Shown: piece by piece, positions 1 to 13,830 of the stretch | Layout of the letters: each line of letters opens with the position of its first letter | Numbering within the stretch: position 1 is the stretch's first letter | Notes under the pieces: generated by a model | What the model saw: the letters and a program-made list of their open reading frames with translations, nothing else | What the model was told of the DNA's origin: nothing | Database searches by the model: none | Program-made: the position numbers and the translations under genes | NCBI RefSeq assembly: GCF_009914755.1 | Contig: NC_060934.1 | Strand: one strand, 5' to 3' | DNA length: 64,000 nucleotides | From: the human T2T-CHM13v2.0 reference genome, Homo sapiens

Positions 1-44
1 AAACAGTATCTTCTGTCTAGGAATATGAATAAGGTTTAAATGAA

Positions 45-94
45 TATCTATCTATCTTCTATCTATATCAATCAGCTATCTATTATCTATCTCA

Positions 95-128
<34 letters not shown>

Positions 129-141
129 AATCATCTATCTA
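45..141. repeat. Interrupted (TCTA)n tetranucleotide microsatellite
   Basis: Repeated TCTA/TATC units, with a pure stretch at about 98-128. Confidence 0.9.
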
Positions 142-485
142 CTGTCTTCCAGCATCATCAGGCACTACATAACCACTTTTGGTTAAGGTTGGTCATTGTT
201 ATTTTTTTTTTTTCTGAGACTCTATATACAGTCACTGGATCACTCTAAATCTCTTCTCTAAATATTTCTCATCCAAATCCATCATGTCTCATCAACACCA
301 ACTACAACCCTACAGCTGCCTCATAATCCTTAGTCTCCCTGATTCAAACCTCAACTTGGATAATTTTCCATACCAACTATTTGAAAAGCGCAGCTATGCT
401 CTAGTGATTTCCTTATTTTATCAGCTTTCAATCTAAACCCTTTTGCCCTACATTCAAGACTTCATTTCATTCTTTACTATGGAAA

Positions 486-642
486 TATACACACACACAC
501 AACATATACATATATACTTAGACACATACACACACAACATCTACACATACACTTAGACACATGCATGCACATACATGTACATATATACTTACACATACAT
601 ACATGGATGTTCTTACATACACACATATATATGTAGAGAGAG
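486..642. repeat. Degenerate (CA)n/(TA)n simple repeat
   Basis: Alternating CA/TA dinucleotides ending in an (AG)n run. Confidence 0.8.
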
Positions 643-1029
643 ATGGAGTTTTGTTTGTGTTTTACATAAAAGGTAACTTAGCCTGTGTCTTATGTTACAT
701 TTCCCCTTAACTTTCTGTTTTTATGTATTGGGCTGGCTCATTTTTTAAAACAGTGTCTTTCTGATATGCAGGTTTCTGGTTTTGTGCAACTGTCCACTCC
801 ACTCTACACGAGATATCTGGTTTAGGTTAGATGGACTCAATCCCCTGCCTCTGGAAGGTGGAGTTTGATTTGTCTATACTGGTAATTTTACTTTCATTCC
901 ACTAATGGAGCCCTGTGCAGCTGTTAACAAAGAATGGGCTGACTTAATAAAGGAAGACATGGCTAGTTAAGGGAAAAAGATGACATACACACATGCTAAA
1001 TTACTACTAGCAGTTATTGACAGAGGCAG

Positions 1030-1180
1030 GAGGCATAATTTTGATCAGTGGGGTGTAGAGAACTTACAGGAAAGATTTCTTTGTTCTTGAAAAAGAGACA
1101 CAAGGAAGAAACAGCTCCCCTTCTCTGTCTCTGGACTTTGCTGTATCAGACACAATGCATAGAGCTACTGAAGCTCCCTT
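1030..1180 (+). mobile_element. Old ERV-L class LTR fragment (LTR33/LTR16-like)
   Basis: aaagagacacaaggaagaaacagctccccttctctgtctctggac resembles recalled ERV-L LTR consensus; highly diverged. Confidence 0.35.
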
Positions 1181-1774
1181 GTGGTTAGGGAAGTCTTCCT
1201 AAGGACAGAGCCAAGGTGTGTAGGAGGCCAAGCCAGGGCCACTGTGGAACAGGGGCTGAATGCCCAGCCCTTGGACTGTTGTCTTGTGAAAATGCATTTC
1301 CTCAGCCTTGGAGTGGTTGTGGGGCCTTCTGTCACTTGCAGCTGAGCACCTCCTAACCGATGCAGCTCCTTCACTGTAGTTCCATTTTATCTGCACGAGG
1401 GTCTCTCTCCAGCCTGAGCCTCCTTGATAGTGGTGGTTCCGTGTCACTACTACTAAGAGAGGATTCTTCTCAGACTCTGTGGTACCCTGGAATCCCTTGC
1501 TATATATTTTCGTGCTTTTCTCCACTGTTATGGGATTTTAATGCTGGATTGAGAGAAGCTGTATCATGGACAACCTAATGACATTTTAGGCCAAAATTCC
1601 CATCACATTCTCCTCCTATGTGTCTGCATAAACAAATCCATACTTGTCTTTCATTTCCAAGGTCAGGCCTTACTGCCTCTGAGAAGCCTTCCTTTCCTAT
1701 CCTCTGATAGAATTAAACTTCCTTTTGTGCTATTTTTTTTTCTTAGGAGTACTTGCTTTTCTGTTGTGTAGCAT

Positions 1775-1995
1775 CATTTATTAGACCAAACACTGTAATA
1801 AACTCTTTTCATATACACATCTCATTTAATCTCTAGGACAACCAGTTCAGTTGGTGTAATTATTGACATTTTATAGGTGAGGAAATTGAAGCATAGAAAG
1901 ATTAAGTGACTTTCCCCAAATTACACAGCTAGTAAATGGCAGTGGTGGTATTTGAAACTAGGTCTATCTCACCTGAAAGCTTTACTCTTAACCAA
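1775..1995 (-). mobile_element. MIR SINE
   Basis: MIR core in antisense: cattttataggtgaggaaattgaagcatagaaagattaagtgactttccccaaattacacagctagtaaatggcag. Confidence 0.85.
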
Positions 1996-2210
1996 CATGC
2001 TGTGTCCTGTATCAAACAATTGAGCACATACATATATGTGTCTCTGGTGAGCATCTTGAAGGTGAGCTTCTTGTTCACTCTCTATTACCTGAACTGTTCA
2101 CAGTCTTTGGCACATACGAGACATGCAGGATGGTAATGTGGGAATGTTGAGCTCAGAAGGTTTTTTAGGCAGTGCTTTGGGCATCAACAGCTATGGAGGG
2201 GAAGGAGAAC

Positions 2211-3160
2211 AGTGTTTTAATTGTGTTGTCTTAGATGCTGTATTTTGTCTATTGGGCATCCACGCATTGTAGGGCCAATTGTATTAACTATGTGTTCTTA
2301 TTTTCTGTGTTCTCGATGCTTTGGTATTTGGGGGCCTTACAGACCTGAGGAGAGATTGCTTCTCCCAGGGCTAGCTCATTCCTAAGGACAATCAAAATTT
2401 ACCGATGAACACTCTTTTCATATGCAAATCAATCCATTCCAAGTTTATATCCCCTGTCACCTTCTTAGCTAATATACCCACAAGCCCACATTTTCTCTGA
2501 CCCGAATCATCCCAGGGCCAGGTATCAGGCAACTAAAAACCACTCCTATAACTAAAAGCCCACTAGAATGATTCAGATTAGCCAGTCCTAATCTGTTCAT
2601 CCTGCCCTGCCTTGCCTTCCCCATGGAAACCCCAGTGAAGGCTGTGGCCTGGATTTTGTCTCATTCCTGCCGTCTCCTACTTGACCAAAGCCTAATGCTT
2701 TCCCTGGGGCCCTACATGGCATTTATTACACTCACAGATTCCTTGGGTGCCCTGCTGGCTGTTCTTACTGTACATCCTAAGAAGAATTCATTATCCTCAT
2801 CATGGACACCTGCCCAGACTCCTGTACCTATAATCTAAGCACCATCCCTTCTACCTGGAAGCCCAGCCAGAAATTCTGGAGTGGTTTTTACATTCTCCCT
2901 CTCTCCTTACCTGCCGACATTTAATCTGTCACTAAATCCTGTCCAGACTGTATCAGCAATGCTGAGTGAGTAATCCCCACACTCACAGGTGGTCCGGGGT
3001 GTCATCATCTCCCTGCAGGGCTCTTGCTGAGATGTCATGCCCAGGCTTCTCTCTGGCACCTGTGAGTGTAATGAACTTCTTTCCATACCTTTTTCTCATT
3101 TCCTTTTGTGGCTGCACCAACTTTACCACCCCATATCCAGCATGTGCATTCTTATTAAAA
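2211..3160 (+). mobile_element. MER54/MER74-like ERV-L LTR, itself interrupted at about 2721-3047
   Basis: catatgcaaatcaatcc...cccagggccaggtatcaggcaact...gccagtcctaatctg; the LTR 3' part resumes at ~3050 (ggcacctgtgagtgtaatgaacttct). Confidence 0.6.
2739..3047 (-). repeat. Inverted copy (309 bp) of 7300-7608
   Basis: Reverse complement aligns without gaps; about 17 mismatches counted by hand (~94%). Confidence 0.95.
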
Positions 3161-3713
3161 AGGAAAGGGAAAGGAAGGGCAGGGAAGGGAAGAAAGCAGG
3201 ATTGGGCAGAAGGAGAAGTCAACCTGTGATTCAGTCTCCTTATGAAAACCTCAGGTGACCCTGCAGGGAGCTCTGAAGATGGGATGAGTCTGCAGAATTG
3301 TGCCCAGTTGGGTTCAGTTGCCCAGTTGAGTGAAGCTTCTATACCACCATGTGCATCAGTTATGGGATGTGGGCTACCCTACAAAGGGGGCATGTCCTGA
3401 GCAAGGAGGCTTTCTTCAGGGGAATCACTCCCTGAAGAGGCTGACAGCTGAGGAAGTTGGGCTGCAACATTCCCAGCAGTTGGAGGAGTAAGTCCTTCAT
3501 TCCGGAGGGTTTTTGGTGGTGCCTCACAGCCTCTACCACGTCTGTACTACCATGTAGCTGGTTCTCTCTAGAACACCCTCTCCTGCTCATGCCATCACTT
3601 TTGCTACTTCTGAGCTGCTGCTGTCTCTCTCAGAGGGAGGTTTGAATATGATACAACTAGAGCATGTGTTCTTTGTCCGGCATCAAGGATGAAGCCTCAG
3701 ACTGTGGGGAGCC

Positions 3714-4126
3714 TGTCGGGAAAAAGCTGAGTGTTGGGAAGAAAGCTGATGCAGGGCTTGCATGTCTGACATAATGTCCTGTGGAATGTGTCTAGACCTG
3801 CTGGCTCCTTGCTTCTAGCCTTCCTAGGCTCCTAGATCAATTGTGTTCCCATTATCTCAAGTAGAAGAACATGTTCCTTATAAATGCTAAACCGTCACAG
3901 CTGTGGATCATGCACCTGCCCTTTTGACCTCCACATTCTCACCACCTGTTTCTCTGTTGGATTACCAATAAATAGCTTGGGCTCCCAGAGCTCAGGGCCT
4001 TCGTAGCCTCCATAATCACGATGGCCCCCTGGTCCCACTTTACTTCTCAAACTTTTCCTCAATCCTTTGACTCCGCCAGACTTCCTCACCCCCCACGACC
4101 TGGTGTTGGGTCTGATCACCCCAACA
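3714..4126 (+). mobile_element. Solo LTR3 (HERV-K HML-6) LTR
   Basis: TG...CA termini; starts tgtcgggaaaaagctgagtgttggg and ends ggtctgatcaccccaaca; perfect 6-bp TSD GGAGCC (3708-3713, 4127-4132); AATAAA at 3967-3972. Confidence 0.88.
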
Positions 4127-5033
4127 GGAGCCCCTGAGAATGCCTCACTTGCTTGGGTTTCTTTCCTGATTTGGGTGCTTTTCAGCTTCCCACTTTCTCC
4201 TCCCCATTGAGGCTGTCTCCTCCTGCTTTGGAGACTGTTGTGAATCTTGATCAAACGTTATACCCCTCAGAGTCTGATGGGTTGGAGGAGTGCCATGCTC
4301 TCTGACCCCAGCCAGCCGGCCTGTCGCTGCTCTCCACCACTTCCCCCCTGAGCAGGGAGGGCCTTGCCTTGCTCTGCAGGGTGGTTGTGGGTGACCAGGG
4401 AGCATGGAGACTTGAGTGCAGCAAAAGCCTGACCCCCCCTTCACTGCTGGAGAAACATCAAGGCTGCCTTGAATTCCTCAGGTTAACCTCAGATGTGAGC
4501 CTTGGGAGTTTCCATGCACCAGAGAAGTGGGCTCTGGCCCTCTGACAAAGGACCTGCAGTGGGAGGTGAAAGTGGGGGCTGGATGTGCTGAATGAACCTA
4601 TTCTTCTCTGAAACTCAGTCTCTGCCTTTTGCTCATAAATTTGTGTCACTGTAAAAACACACCCAGCTTCAAATTACTCTCATCCAGAATAGGTCCAGCT
4701 GTCAAACCAAGCCACAGGCATGAGGCCAGCAGTCACATTTTAAAGGGTAAGGCCTAATCCCTTCCTTGTTAAACTGTGGTGTTAGCTGAGCCTGACTGGA
4801 ACCTGAGGGCTACCTCACAAAAGCAAAAAGAGCATGTAGAGAAATCCAAGCCACTGAGTCAAGAAGCAGCTGGCTCAGTATCCAAAGGAAGAGGGCTCTG
4901 ACACAGGAACCCAAGGCGAGCCACATTGAAATAGCTTAGAAGCAAGGAAGCTGGGATGGAACAGCATGTACACCTTCAGCAGCTGGCCTCAGCTCTCCCT
5001 GAGGGCTCATCCATTGTGCCAGTGGCTGCAGTA

Positions 5034-5301
5034 GAGCAGTTGGTTTTTAAAGATCAGGATTCAAACAAGATTAAACAGGTACATCCTACCCCATGCATGG
5101 TGCCGTAGCATAAGTGTGGACAGAGGGCATGGAGTGGAGTTTTATGGCACAGAGCCTAGAAGGGGCTCCTTAAATCTATCTCTGGGGGCCCACAGGGGTT
5201 ATGAGCACCAGCTCTAGGAACCGTCTTTGAAATTCCGTCTGTGTGAAATGAGCAAGTTCACCTCTCCAAGTCTCAGCTCAGCTCTTCATGTGCATAATGC
5301 A
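5034..5301 (+). repeat. Direct copy (268 bp) of 6144-6411
   Basis: Ungapped match at offset 1110 with 6 mismatches (~98%). Confidence 0.97.
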
Positions 5302-5499
5302 TCATTCCCCACCTTTGGAAGGGACCTTCATAGTAACCACCTCGTCATTCAAGAAACACTGACTTTCTACTTCATGCCAGTTACCGTGCTGGTGGTACAG
5401 ATTCAAAGCTGACTGAGACACAAATGTACTCTGCTCTCCAACAACCAAAAAACAGGAGGATAAACCCTTAAATCCCTTTGTTTGAGGGGGTCCATAGAA

Positions 5500-6185
<686 letters not shown>

Positions 6186-6493
6186 CAGGTACATCCTACC
6201 CCATGCATGGTGCCATAGCAGAAGTGTGGACAGAGGGCATGGAGTGGAGTTTTATGGCACAGAGCCTAGAAGGGGCTCCCTAAATCTATCTCTGGGGGCC
6301 CACAGGGGTTATGAGCACCAGCTCTAGGAACTGTCTTTGAAATTCCATCTGTGTGAAATGAGCAAGTTCACCTCTCCAAGTCTCAGCTCAGCTCTTCATG
6401 TGCATAACGCACAAGATTGCTGTGATCTTAAATGAGGTGACACACAGCACTTGGTACATAGGCTCACAGTACGTGCTCAATAATTCTGAATAC

Positions 6494-6620
6494 AGCCAGG
6501 TGCAGTGGCACATGTCTGTAGTTCCAGCTACTTGGGAGGCAGAAGTGGGAGGATTGCTTGAGCCCAGGAGTTCAAGACTAGACTGTGCAACATAATAAGC
6601 ACCCATCTCAAAAAAAAAAA
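6494..6620 (+). mobile_element. FLAM (free left Alu monomer)
   Basis: Single Alu monomer with A tail; TSD AATTCTGAATA on both sides. Confidence 0.85.
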
Positions 6621-6730
6621 TTCTGAATAGAATTATAATAACAATGGTAAAACAAAAAGTGATGACATTTAATTTAGATCTGCAACCATGCAGGCATGTA
6701 CAAGGTAAAAGAGAATTAAGACATATTTTC

Positions 6731-7031
<301 letters not shown>

Positions 7032-7089
7032 TCAGACAGAGATAATAAGCAGCTGTATGTAAAAGCAAGGATTAGAAACCAGGTTTATC

Positions 7090-7610
7090 TGACAAATAGT
7101 ATGAAGGCCCAGGGTGGAAGTATTGGGAGATGAGGTGGTGAAGAGGGTTGTGGCCAGATCGTATGTCAAGGGTCATGTGTATAGGGCTAAAGAGTTGAGA
7201 CTTCATCTCATAGGCACCAGGGTAGGCAGCGGTCTGTGGGGAAGTGATGGCACTGGGTTCCGCTGGCAGTCGCATGAAAGGGCAGGACCTGGAGGAGGCA
7301 GCCTGGGCATGAAGTCTCAGCAAGAGCCCTGCAGGGAGATGATGACACCCTGGACCACCGGCGAGTGTGGGGATTACTCACTCAGCATTGCTGATGCAGT
7401 CTGGACAGGAATTAGTGACAGATTAAATGTCAGCAGGTAAGGAGAGAGGGAGAATGTAAAAACCACTCCAGAATTTCTGGCTGGGCTTCCAGGTAGAAGG
7501 GATGGTGCTTAGATTATAGGTACAGGAGCCTGGGCAGGTGTCCATGATGAGGATAATGAATTCTGCTTGGGATGTGCAGTAAGAGTGGCCTGCAGGCCAC
7601 CCAAGGAAGA
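7090..7610 (-). mobile_element. L2 LINE remnant (contains the donor of the inverted duplication)
   Basis: Purine-rich L2 antisense motifs, e.g. ggagagagggagaatgtaaaaaccactccagaatttctggctggg and agaagggatggtgc. Confidence 0.6.
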
Positions 7611-8152
7611 CACTGCTCTTACTCCGACATCTTCAAATGCCCGAGGAATTGGTTAGGAGGAAAATGCAAAGGACTGAAGTTGTGTCTGGTGTGTCTCCCC
7701 TGCCTGCTCTGGACGCTGCTACAAAACCTGATAGCTCCTTGCACTGAGAGGATTCCAGGGAGACTGATGGCCTCTTCAAAGGCCACATTGTAAGTGCAGT
7801 GTTGATGGCCGGTGAATAAAATCTAGACTGATTTATTTAAAATGTATTTTATTTATTTATTTAAACGTAAAATGGATACTAGTTATGGCTGTGACAGAGA
7901 CAAAGGACCCTGCACTCCACCAAGCTGCAATTCTTAAATGTCCACACCATTTGAGTATCTGATGGCACACATCAGATAGCCCATCCTTTTATCTCACCCT
8001 CCTACATTTTCCCATTTCCCATCCTTTGCTCAGACCAACGTGGCCTGATGTGAGGAAGCAGTAGGAAAGCCTTTCACAGCCTTAACAGTGTTCAGGCGCT
8101 GGAACCTTCTTTGGAATTTCCTGTTAAGTGAGAGATTAAATATCTTTTGTGG

Positions 8153-8295
8153 TTTTTTTTTTTTTTTGGTATTTTTAGTAGAGACAGGGTTTCACCATGT
8201 TGGTCAAGATGGTCTCAAGCTCCTGACCTTGTGATCCGCCCGCCTCGGCCTCCCAAAAGTGCTGGGATTACAGGTGTGAGCCACCGTGCCTGGCC
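8153..8295 (-). mobile_element. AluS left monomer only
   Basis: Antisense left arm ending at the A-rich linker with a 15-T run; imperfect flanking repeat aatatcttttgt / aatgtcctttgt. Confidence 0.85.
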
Positions 8296-8969
8296 TAATG
8301 TCCTTTGTTTTTAAAGCATTTGTATTTGGTTTTTCTATTCCTCAAAGCTAAAAACATGCTGGCGGCATTTATAACATTTAAAGAACCTTCCAATTAAAAA
8401 ATCTGGTCGCTGCTGTATTTCTGTACCCACTCTCTTTTATTCCAAGGTGCTGTTCTGTCCCATTTCTGTCTATGGAAATTCCTAGCACTTTTCAAAGGTT
8501 ACTGCTTTTTTGAAGACTTCTGTGATCATCTCCCATAGAAGTGATCTGTGTTTATTGTGGTCACTAGCCACCCAATTCATGTAGTTTCATATATATGTAC
8601 ATATTCTCTCTTAATTGATATCTACACAACATTGAATCATACAATATGGCATGTCTTCCTATTTATTCATGTTTCCCTTTATTTTATGTTCCTCATTAAA
8701 TTTTATAGTTTTCTTCATATAGATCCCTTATGTTTATCTTTTAATGGATTTTATGCACACAATATTAAAATACTTCTAATCATTTTTGCTGCTGTCCTCT
8801 CTCATGGGGACCATTCTTCCAAGACTTGATGACTGAGTCTTTTTTATACCATTCACTCTATTTAATGAGTGAATCCTATATATTAGAGTTATATCTTCTG
8901 TATTTCCTAATCGTTTTAGATGAATTAGCTTCTTGAATCCACATATGACACTTTGAGCAAAGCACCATT

Positions 8970-9123
8970 ACATTTTTAGCCATTTTGCATGTAAGAAAAT
9001 CGAGACAGAGAGAATTTGAGTAAGTTAGTAAAGATCATATCACCAGTAAGCAATAGGGCTGGTGTTCAAACTCTGAGGTCTGACTTTTGAGCCTGTGTTC
9101 CTAACCACTAAACTATAGTGCCT
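8970..9123 (-). mobile_element. MIR SINE
   Basis: cattttgcatgtaagaaaatcgagacagagag...ttcaaactctgaggtctgact...aaccactaaactatagtgcctc. Confidence 0.75.
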
Positions 9124-9129
9124 CAACAG

Positions 9130-11780
9130 ACATGAGATTCCATCTCAGAATGAGAGAAAGATGTTAAGCAAACACAGAAATAACCACTAAGGATAGTTGT
9201 GGTAAATACAGTAAGGTAAAAGCACAAGCTGTTACTCATCTCTGACAGTCCTGTGGACCTGGCCTGAGGTGATGAGGAAGACCTCCTGTCGGTGTGACGT
9301 TTGGGCTGTGGCATGAAGGGTGAGCAGGAAATGGTCAGGCAAAGGTGTCAGGAGAAGAGCACTTGAAGTAGAATCACTAGATCTTCACCCCAGAAAATCC
9401 CGACACAGGACTGCATCCAAAGTATTCAGAGAAAGCAGAGAGAACAGAGAACACATAAATGAAGCTGGAGAAGCTGAGCCTGCTGGGCTTTCTGAGGACT
9501 GCAGACTGTCTTCTGGGAGCAATGGGGCACTACTGATGGGTTGAAGGGGGCGATAACACATTTGGCTTTAGAATAGAGGGTGTGTGGAAGGTGACAAGAA
9601 TGCAAGTGGGCTAAGTAGCTATTTCAGGAATCCAAGTAAGAGTCTAGTGATGAGTGTAGACATGGTTAGCTGTAGTTAAAGTTTAGGTATGTATATTTTC
9701 AGGTAAAATATGGAAGGCTTGATGCCTTGAAGGTAAGAGATGAAGGAGAACATTGTATCAAGGATAACTTTCACGGCTCTTGCTGCTATCATTGGTTACT
9801 TGTGATTGTTGCTGATTGCTAAATTGTGAAACAAATTTAGGAAGAAAATGCATTTATTCAACAACTTTTAGTAGATGTTTATTAAGCACTTACTCTATTT
9901 TGAAAATTTTATCTAGACCTTGAGCAAACAACTGAGAACAACACGGATGCACTTTCTGCTCTCATGAAACTAACATTCTACTGGAGAAGAGAGAATTCAA
10001 ACTAATAATTAAACAATTACTTTCAGTAGTAAAAATGAATCAAGAATTTAAGGAAGCTACAAAAGCTTATACTTGGAGGCCTGATTTGGTCAGGGAGGGT
10101 AAAATTCACTTTGCTATGTAGAGAGTTGGATTTGGTAGGAGTGAGGACACTGGATGTGGGAAGAACCACTAAGAACATCTGCAGGATGAAAGTCGACAGT
10201 ATGATTGGTGGAAATGGAAAGACATGGATAAGTCAGAGAGTCAGGTGGTTTGTAAAGTTGACATGAATTGTGAAGATGAGGAAAGTCTCAAGAATATCTT
10301 CTGCTGGAACAGTTGGGTGGATGTGGTACCACAGGAACACTGATGGAAGAGCAGGCTTTAGGGGAAAGTATTGTATCTGAGGTTCCTGTGAAATAGCCAA
10401 GTGGAGATGGCTGTTTGTTGGTATCTGGATCTCAAAAGAGAGTTTCAGTTTGCAGTTATAAACAGGGATATACAAATGGAAGGTGTTGAAAGCCAAGGGA
10501 GTATATGAAGTCCTCTGTAGAGGGAGTAGAGAGAAAGAAGAAAAAAGACCAGGGAAATTTCAGAGGAAATTTAACATTTAAAGATTGGATTTAAATGTTT
10601 AATCTTATGTCATGTGAATTTCAACTTAATAATTTTGAAAAAACAATCTCAGTAATAAAGATGGGAACTTCGAGAAGGATCTGGCAAAAGGGACTGAAAA
10701 AGATTGGCTGGAGAGATGGGAGTAAGGTGCCCTGGAAGCCAAGGAAAGAAGGCATTTCTATGAAGAGTTCGTGGCCAACTTAATGCTGATAACAATTATG
10801 ATGAAATCTATAAAGTGTTCAAAGCCTTTGTTTAGCTTATTTATTTTTATATATCTTATTCCTAGAACAGTTCCTGGCCCTAATGTTGAGTGCTCAATAA
10901 TTACTTGTTGAAAGAGTAAAAAAAAAAAAAAAAATCACAGCCATTCCAGTGGCTTAATGGACACAGAACACAGGTAGGAATTGGTTACTAGGTAGAAGAT
11001 AAGGAAATGGAACCAGAATTTATAGCCAAATCTTTTAACAAGTTTGACTTGAAAACAGAGAAATAAAGTATTAACTGGATGTGGAATGTGAGATTAAAGC
11101 TGGATGTACTTTTTAAAATTTAGGAACAAAATATCACCTAATGCAACTGGAAACAATTAAATAGAGCTGAAACGGGTAGAGATGCAGGTGCGTAGGTGGG
11201 GAGGATAATTGGAGTGAGGCTCTTGAAGAGGCAGGGATGATGGTGTGCAACAGACACATGAGGATGAACATTGCCAGGAAGAGAACTCTCCTTCCATTGT
11301 AACAAGAGAAAAGGAGGGTAAAATGGGAACCAACATGGAGATATTAGTAAATGTGGAGGTAGAACGTGGAGGGAGTTTGGTCTGATACTTTCTTTGAAGA
11401 ATAAGTCAAGATCATGAGCAGAGCAGGAGAAAGGGAAGTCAAAGTTTTCAGAACAGCGAGAATGGGCATTTCCTGAGAGATAAAAAAGACAAGCTCAACA
11501 GGATTGAAGGCCCCCTTAAGGTTAGTGAACAATTATTTACTGTAACCCCCATTTGTAGAAATTGTATCTATTCAGTAGCCTGAGCTAATGAATGTTTATT
11601 CATTTGACACATATTTTTTGAGTGCCTATTATGTGTCATTGTGATAGAATCTCAGAGAAATAAAAGGTATCCAAAATGTAGACATTATCCTCAAGAGAAT
11701 GTTCTACAGGGGAGCCACATATTTATAAAGCAAAGACACAGATGTAAAGTTCAACCATGATAAGTGCCCTAAAGAAGAGA
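9130..11780 (-). mobile_element. Multiple fragmented L2 remnants
   Basis: L2 3'-end antisense motifs at ~9855 (tttattcaacaac...tttattaagcacttact) and ~11600, plus L2 body motifs at 10250-10800. Confidence 0.55.
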
Positions 11781-11786
11781 TGCCAA

Positions 11787-13830
11787 AACTTCTAGAATGG
11801 TGAAATGAGGACTTTCATAAGTCCGCTCCTGCATAAAGCAGTAAAATCACTGACAAAAACTGTCAACATTGACTTTTTCAGAACTCTGAAAATTAACTAA
11901 AAGCTAGCAAGGTTCTAAAGAATGTATATTCAAGAAAAATGACTGTCTGGAAGAACAGTGAGCTCTGTGACATTTGAACTTTCTCTATTCCGAAACTTCT
12001 TTCCACAGAAGCATGAACATAAGAGTCTTTGTAACCACAGTGAGTGTGAAAACTAGCACTAACAACCACTGGATGGGGCAGACTAATTTGGACCTCCCCC
12101 AAAAGCCCTATCCCTAGAGAATTGTTATTATTTGATATGTCTGCCAATTTCCTGAAAATGACCAATTTGCAAATTGTTATTATTTTCCCCAATTTAGAGC
12201 TTACTCAAGAGGAAAAACTGTATCTCCAGGGCATTTTTCAAAAAATAATCAGTACTGGTTTTTAAATATCGGAGCTGCCTGAAGTAGAGATACAAGTTGG
12301 GGCAAATAAGAAGCTGACCACAAAATTTAGAAAAATTTGGGAAATGAAATGGCTATAGAGGATTTAAAAAGCTCTGATGTGTTTCTACAGATCTAGAAGG
12401 CCATGGTCATGGGCAAGGCTGTGCACATGCCCAGAAAATACCAGAGGTAGTCCTCATGTCTCAACTCTGGCAGACCTAAAGGGTTTGCACAAGTAGGAAG
12501 TGAAGGCTAAGGCAGAGTTTTAAACCACTCTAGTGCTGAAGGCATGACTCAACATACACACAGAGCTCCTCTGCAAAGGTAGAAGACTTATTGCCTGGAG
12601 TCATTTAAAAAAATTTGTGTTCTATCATTATCTGACCACCAAGTTAGACAAACAGAATTCAGTGACTACACAGTACAGGAAATACTGTCTTTAAAGAATT
12701 AGTCCAGGAAAGTCACTAAACAAACAGACAGACAGCCATGACAATAATAACAACAAAATACAGCAACAATAGTAAAGCTTGGGAGAGTGGGTTGGATCTC
12801 ATTTTCAGAGTTGCCATGTTCTATTGTCTACATTTCAACTAAAAATTACTTATGAGACAGGTAAATAAACAGGAAATTGTAGTCCATACATAAGAAAAAC
12901 AGCTATCAATAGAAACTGTCTCTGAGGGTACTCAGATGTTGGGCTTCCTAGGCAAGCACTTTATATCAGCTCTCATAAGTATGTTCAAAGAAGTAAAGAA
13001 AACCATGTCTAAAGAATTAAAGACAATCACAAGCACTGTGTCTCACGAAATAGAGAATATCAATAAAGAGACAAAGATTATAAAGAAGCAAATAGAAATT
13101 CTGGAGTTGGAAAGTTCAATAATGAAATAAAACATTTACTAGAGGAGCTCAACGTCAGATATGAACTAACAGAATAAAAAATCAGCAAATGTGAAAATAG
13201 GCCAATTGGGATTATACAGTTTGAGAAAAAGAAAGATAAAATAATGAAAATGAATAGATCAATGGAGACCCATATGACACCATGAAGCAAAACAATATGT
13301 AACAGGAGTCTCAGAAGGAGAGGAGAGAGAAAGGGGGGAGAAAGCACATTTGGATAATAGCCCCAAACTCCCCAAATGTGATGAAAAACATTAATCTACA
13401 CATCCAGGAAGCTCAACAAACTCCAGATTAAAGATGAAAAAATTAAAAGCCTAGACATATCATAAATGATCACAAGCCAAAGACAAATTTAGCTAGGTTG
13501 TAGGTTTATGATCAGTATACAAAGCCCAATACAATATTTATACGATAGCAATACACAATCTGAAAATGGAATAAATATAATTCTATTTACAGTAAGAAAA
13601 ATAATATAACAGCATATTCTATATACACAGAATGCTTAGGAATAAATTTAATAAAATGAACTACAAGACTTATACACTGAGAACTACAAAACATTCTTGG
13701 AAGAAATTAAAGAAGGCCAAAATAACATTTCATGTTAATGGATCAGAAGGCTTAATATTAATTAAGATGGCAACACTCTCAAATAAACTATAGATTCAAC
13801 ATGATATAAAAATTCTAGCTGCCCTTTTTT
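11787..13830 (+). mobile_element. Old L1M: 5' region, ORF1 remnant, then an ORF2 fragment after an internal deletion
   Basis: ORF 12936-13130 (IENINKETKIIKKQIEILELESSI) is L1 ORF1 coiled-coil-like; 13485-13830 matches L1 ORF2 (cttaggaataaatttaa...aactacaaaacatt...gaaattaaagaag). Confidence 0.75.

Larger units (their letters stand above)
2145..3540 (-). mobile_element. LTR16-type ERV-L LTR, split into about 2145-2210 and 3160-3540 by a younger LTR
   Basis: ggcagtgctttgggcatcaacagctatggaggggaagg continues as aagcaggattgggcagaaggagaagtc about 950 bp later, as in the recalled LTR16 consensus. Confidence 0.6.
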
